Positions 59,571-64,000 of a stretch of 64,000 bases of DNA are shown here, piece by piece; position 1 is the first letter of the stretch; every line of letters starts with the position of its first letter. The notes under the pieces were generated by a model, which was not told the origin of the DNA, searched no databases, and saw only the letters and a list, made by a program, of their open reading frames with translations. The stretch is from the human T2T-CHM13v2.0 reference genome, Homo sapiens: assembly GCF_009914755.1 (NCBI RefSeq), contig NC_060933.1. One strand, 5' to 3'. Made by a program: the position numbers and the translations under genes.

Positions 59571-62500
59571 ATGGAATCAATCATTCCGAGTGGAATGGAA
59601 GGGAATGTAATGGAGTGGAAAGAAGGGAATGGAATCAACCCGAGTGGAATGCAAGGCAATGGAATGGAATGGAAAGGAATGGAATGGAATCAACTCGATT
59701 GCAATGGAATGGAATGGAATGGAATGGAATGGAATGGAATGGAATTAACCGGAATAGAATGGAATGGAATGGAATGGAACGGAATGGAATGGAATGGAAG
59801 GGAATGGAATCAACACGAGTGCAGGGGAATGGAATGGAATGGAATGCAATGGAATGGAATCATCCGGAATGGAATGGAATGGAATGGAATCAACTCCATT
59901 GCAATGGAATGGAATGGAATGGAATGGAATAGAATAGAATGGAATTAACCCGAATAGAATGGAATGCAATAGAATGGAATGCAACAGAACCGAATGGAGT
60001 GGAATGGAATGGAATGGAATCAACCCGAGTACAGGGGAATGGAATGGAATGGAATGCAATGGAATGGAGTCATCCGTAATGGAATGGAAAGGAATGGAAT
60101 GGAATGGAATGGAATGGAATGGAATGGAATCAACTCGATGGCAATCGAATGGAATGGAATGGAATTAACCCGAATAGAATGGAATGGAATGGAATGGAAC
60201 GGAACGGAATGGAATGGAATGGAATGGAATGGAACGGAACGGAATGGAATGGAATGGAATGGAATGGAATCAACCCGAGTGCAGGGGAATGGAATGGAAT
60301 GGAATGCAATCGAATGGAATCTTCCGGAATGGAATGCAATGGAACGGAATGGAATGAAAGGCAATGGATTCAACTCGATTGCAATGGAATGGAATAGAAT
60401 GGAATGGAATGGAATGGAATGGAATGGAATGGAATTGAATGGAATGGAATACTTTCAAACCGAATGGAATGGAAAGGAATGGAATCAACACGAGTGGAAA
60501 GGAATGGAATGGAAAGGAATGGAATGGAATGGAATGGTACGGAATAGAATGGAATGGAACGAACTGGAATGGAATGGAATGGAATGGAATGGAATGGAAT
60601 GGAATGGAATCGTTCCGAGTGGAATAGGATGGAATGTATTCGAGTGGAATGGAAAGGAATGGAATCAACCAGAGTGGAATGGAAGGGAATGGAATGGAAT
60701 GGAATCTAATAGAATGGAATCAACCCGAGTGGAATGGAATGGAAAGGACTGGAATGGAATGGAATGGAATGGAATGGAAGGGAATCAACTCGATTGTAAT
60801 GGAATGGAATGGAATGGAATGGAATGGAATGGAATGGAATGGAATTAACCCGAATACAATGGAATGGAATGCAATGGAACGGAATGGAGTGGAATGGAAT
60901 GGAATCAACCCGAGTGCAGGGGAATGGAATGGAATGGAATGCAATGGAATGGAATCATCCAGAATGGAATGGAATGGAATGGAATGCAAAGCAATGGAAT
61001 CAACTCGATTGCAATGGAATGGAATGGAATGGAAAGGAATAGAATGGAATCAACCCGAGTGTAATGGAATGGAAAGAACTGGAATGGAGTGGAATGGAAT
61101 GGAATGGAAAGGAATGGAATCAACTCGATTGTAATGGAATGGAATGGAATGGAATGGAATTAACCCGAATAGAATGGAATGGAATGGAATGGAACGGAAT
61201 GGAATGGAATGGAATGGAATGGAATGGAATGGAATGGAATCATCCGGAACGGAATGGAATGGAATGGAATGGAATCAACTCGATTGCAATGGAATGGAAT
61301 GGAATGGAATGGAATCGAATGGAATGGAGTGGAATTAACAGGAATAGAATGGAATGGAATGGAATGGAACGGAATGAAATGGAAGGGAATGCAATGGAAT
61401 GGAATGGAATCAACCCGAGTGCAGGGGAATGGAATGGAATGGAATGCAATGGAATGGAATCATCCGGAATGGAATGGAATGGAATGGAATGCAATCAACC
61501 TGATGCAATGGAATGGAATGGAATGGAATGGAATGGAATGGAATGGAAACATCCCGAATGGAATGGAATGTAATGGAGTGTAAGGGAATTGAATAGAATC
61601 AATCCGAATGTAATGGAATGGAATGGAATGAAATGGAATGGAATGGAATGGAATGGAATGGAATCAACCCGAGTGCAATGGAATGGATTCGAATGGAATG
61701 GAATGGAATGGAATGGATTCAACAAGAATGGAATGGAAAGGAATGGAATCAACCCGAGTGTAATGGCATGGAATGGAACGGAATGGAATGGGATGGAATG
61801 GAATGGAATGCAATGGAATGGAATCAACCCGAGTGCAATGGAATGGAGAGGAATGGAATGGAATGGAATGGAAACTACCCGAATGGAATGGAATGTAATG
61901 GAGTGTAAGGGAATTGAATAGAATCAATCCGAATGTAATGGAATGGAATGGAACGGAATGGAATGGAATGGAGTGGAATGGAATGGAATGGAATGGAATG
62001 CAATGGAATGGAATCAACCCGAGTGCAATCGAATGGAACCGAATGGAATGGAATGCAATGGAATGGATTCAACTTGAATGGAATGGAAAGAATGGAATCA
62101 ACACGAGTGGAATGGCATGGATTGGAATGGAATGGAATGGAATCAACCCGAGTACAGGGGAATGGAATGGAATGGAATGCAATGGAATGGAATCATCCGT
62201 AATGGAATGGAAAGGAATGGAATGGAATGGAATGGAATGGAATGGAATGGAATGGAATCAACTCGATTGCAATCGAATGGAATGGAATGGAATTAACCCG
62301 AATAGAATGGAATGGAATGGAATGGAACGGAACTGAATGGAATGGAATGGAATGGAATGGAATGGAACGGAAAGGAAGGGAATGGAATGGAATAGAATGG
62401 AATGGAATGGAATCAACGCGAGTGCAGGGGAATGGAATGGAATGGAATGCAATGGAATGGAATCTTCCGGAATGGAATGGAATGGAATGGAATGGAATGG

Positions 62501-64000
62501 AATGGAATGGAATCAACCCTAGTGCAATGGAATGGAGTGGAATGGAATGGAATGGAATGGAACAACCCGAATGGAATGGAATGTAATGGAGAGTAAGGGA
62601 GTTGAATAGAATCAATCCGAATGCAATGGAATGGAATGGAACGGAATGGAATTGAATGGAATGGAATGGAATGCAATGGAATGGAATCAACCCGAGTGCA
62701 ATGGAATGGAGAGGAATGGAATGGAATGGAATGGAAACTACCCGAATGGAATGGAATGTAATGGAGTGTATGGGAATTGAATAGAATCAATCCGAATGTA
62801 ATGGAATGGAATGGAACGGAATGGAATGGAATGGAATGGAATGGAATGGAATGGAATGGAATGGAATGCAATGGAATGGAATCAACTTGAATGGAATGGA
62901 AAGAATGGAATCAACACGAGTGGAATGGCATGGATTGGAATGGAATGGAATGGAATCAACCCGAGTACAGGGGAATGGAATGGAATGGAATGCAATGGAA
63001 TGGAATCATCCGTAATGGAATGGAAAGTAATGGAATGGAATGGAATGGAATGGAATGGAATGGAATGGAATGGAATCAACTCGATTGCAATCGAATGGAA
63101 TGGAATGGAATTAACCCGAATAGAATGGAATGGAATGGAATGGAACGGAACGGAATGGAATGCAATGGAATGGAACGGAACGGAATGGAATGGAATGGAA
63201 GGGAATGGAATCAACGCGAGTGCAGGGGAATGGAATGGAATGGAATGCAATGGAATGGAAACTTCCGGAATGGAATGGAATGGAATGGAATGGAATCAAT
63301 CATTCCGAGTGGAATGGAAGGGAATGTAATGGAGTGGAAAGAAGGGAATGGAATCAACCCGAGTGGAATGCAAGGCAATGGAATGGAATGGAAAGGAATG
63401 GAATGGAATCAACTCGATTGCAATGGAATGGAATGGAATGGAATGGAATGGAATGGAATGGAATTAACCGGAATAGAATGGAATGGAATGGAATGGAACG
63501 GAATGGAATGGAATGGAAGGGAATGGAATCAACACGAGTGCAGGGGAATGGAATGGAATGGAATGCAATGGAATGGAATCATCCGGAATGGAATGGAATG
63601 GAATGGAATCAACTCCATTGCAATGGAATGGAATGGAATGGAATGGAATAGAATAGAATGGAATTAACCCGAATAGAATGGAATGCAATAGAATGGAATG
63701 CAACAGAACCGAATGGAGTGGAATGGAATGGAATGGAATCAACCCGAGTACAGGGGAATGGAATGGAATGGAATGCAATGGAATGGAGTCATCCGTAATG
63801 GAATGGAAAGGAATGGAATGGAATGGAATGGAATGGAATGGAATGGAATCAACTCGATGGCAATCGAATGGAATGGAATGGAATTAACCCGAATAGAATG
63901 GAATGGAATGGAATGGAACGGAACGGAATGGAATGGAATGGAATGGAATGGAACGGAACGGAATGGAATGGAATGGAATGGAATGGAATCAACCCGAGTG
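59162..64000 (+). repeat. 3719-bp-period duplication; second copy runs off the window end
   Basis: ORF pairs 59411/63130, 59745/63464 and 59959/63678 are offset by 3719. Shared private variants AGAATAGAAT (59931/63650) and GCAACAGAACCG (59981/63700). Confidence 0.88.

Larger units (their letters stand above)
395..63271. promoter_or_regulatory. About 40 dispersed perfect 3-unit heat-shock elements (nGAAn-nTTCn-nGAAn = GGAAT CTTCC GGAAT)
   Basis: Exact consensus matches at ~395, 2126, 2501, 3879, 4758, 6404, 8361, 9219, 11850, 12703, 14215, 15719, 16174, 18362, 20044, 22509, 24123, 24996, 25635, 27493, 29331, 31417, 33084, 35536, 38508, 38898, 41335, 42770, 47667, 48525, 51210, 52169, 53012, 53865, 55803, 56762, 57605, 59538, 60316, 62459 and 63257. 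The motif match is seen directly; HSF1 occupancy is inferred from the known HSF1-Sat III link. Confidence 0.7.
1..64000 (+). repeat. Satellite III (HSat3) pericentromeric-type array, (GGAAT)n/(CATTC)n
   Basis: GGAAT is the dominant pentamer from first to last base, in one orientation. Runs are closed by CAAC(C/A/G)CGAGT, CAACTCGATT and TAACCCGAAT, matching the established Sat III (GGAAT)n-CAACCCGAGT pattern. It is not built on the CATTCGATTC-type unit of HSat2. Confidence 0.98.
1..64000 (+). promoter_or_regulatory. Dense tandem TEAD/MCAT-like motif (GGAATG = reverse complement of CATTCC)
   Basis: Every GGAAT followed by G gives GGAATG, the established TEAD core motif. Binding at this locus is not shown by sequence. 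Confidence 0.45.

Noticed and set aside
1-64000. Hundreds of ORFs (MEWNG repeats on +, IPFHS repeats on -), up to 460 aa at 27980-29362 and 408 aa at 55862-57088
   Set aside because: A 5-bp repeat read in triplets gives a stop-free 5-aa repeat in all six frames. The ORFs overlap in every frame, break at random variants and have no domain content, so there is no support for coding.
1-64000. CRISPR-like alternation of conserved motifs and spacers
   Set aside because: The spacers are GGAAT runs rather than unique sequence, and there are no cas genes.
1-64000. HSat2, alpha satellite, telomeric repeat or DYZ1
   Set aside because: No CATTCGATTC-dominated unit, no 171-bp monomer or CENP-B box, no TTAGGG, and no regular 3.56-kb period.
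1-64000. Pathogenic (TGGAA)n expansion of the SCA31 type
   Set aside because: Same pentamer, but here it is heavily punctuated by Sat III modules with no flanking gene or unique sequence.
1-64000. Transposon insertion or large inversion
   Set aside because: No Alu/L1/LTR sequence, poly(A) tail or target-site duplication, and no extended (CATTC)n on the + strand; only the 6-bp CATTCC patch.

Overview
The whole 64 kb is one uninterrupted human/great-ape-type Satellite III (HSat3) array: (GGAAT)n on the + strand, punctuated every few pentamers by diverged 10-mers of the CAACCCGAGT / CAACTCGATT / CAACGCGAGT / TAACCCGAAT family. I see no genes, transposon insertions, unique sequence or large inversions; every ORF in the track is a pentamer artefact (MEWNG / IPFHS). 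The array is built from a small vocabulary of modules in fixed order. These form a short (~0.81-0.87 kb) and a long (~1.8-2.0 kb) unit that share a prefix, further shuffled by nested duplications (0.66, 0.91, 1.86, 1.96, ~3.5, 3.72 and 3.74 kb tandem; 5.8-48 kb dispersed). The most notable signals are about 40 perfect heat-shock elements (GGAAT-CTTCC-GGAAT) at the branch point of the units, a quasi-palindrome perfected in two opposite ways, a 6-bp inverted patch forming a mini-hairpin, and an almost strictly one-directional (-1) drift of the pentamer register. All counts and offsets were read by eye and are approximate. The chromosome or HSat3 subfamily cannot be fixed from this window alone. 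I found no evidence of a novel gene-encoded system.
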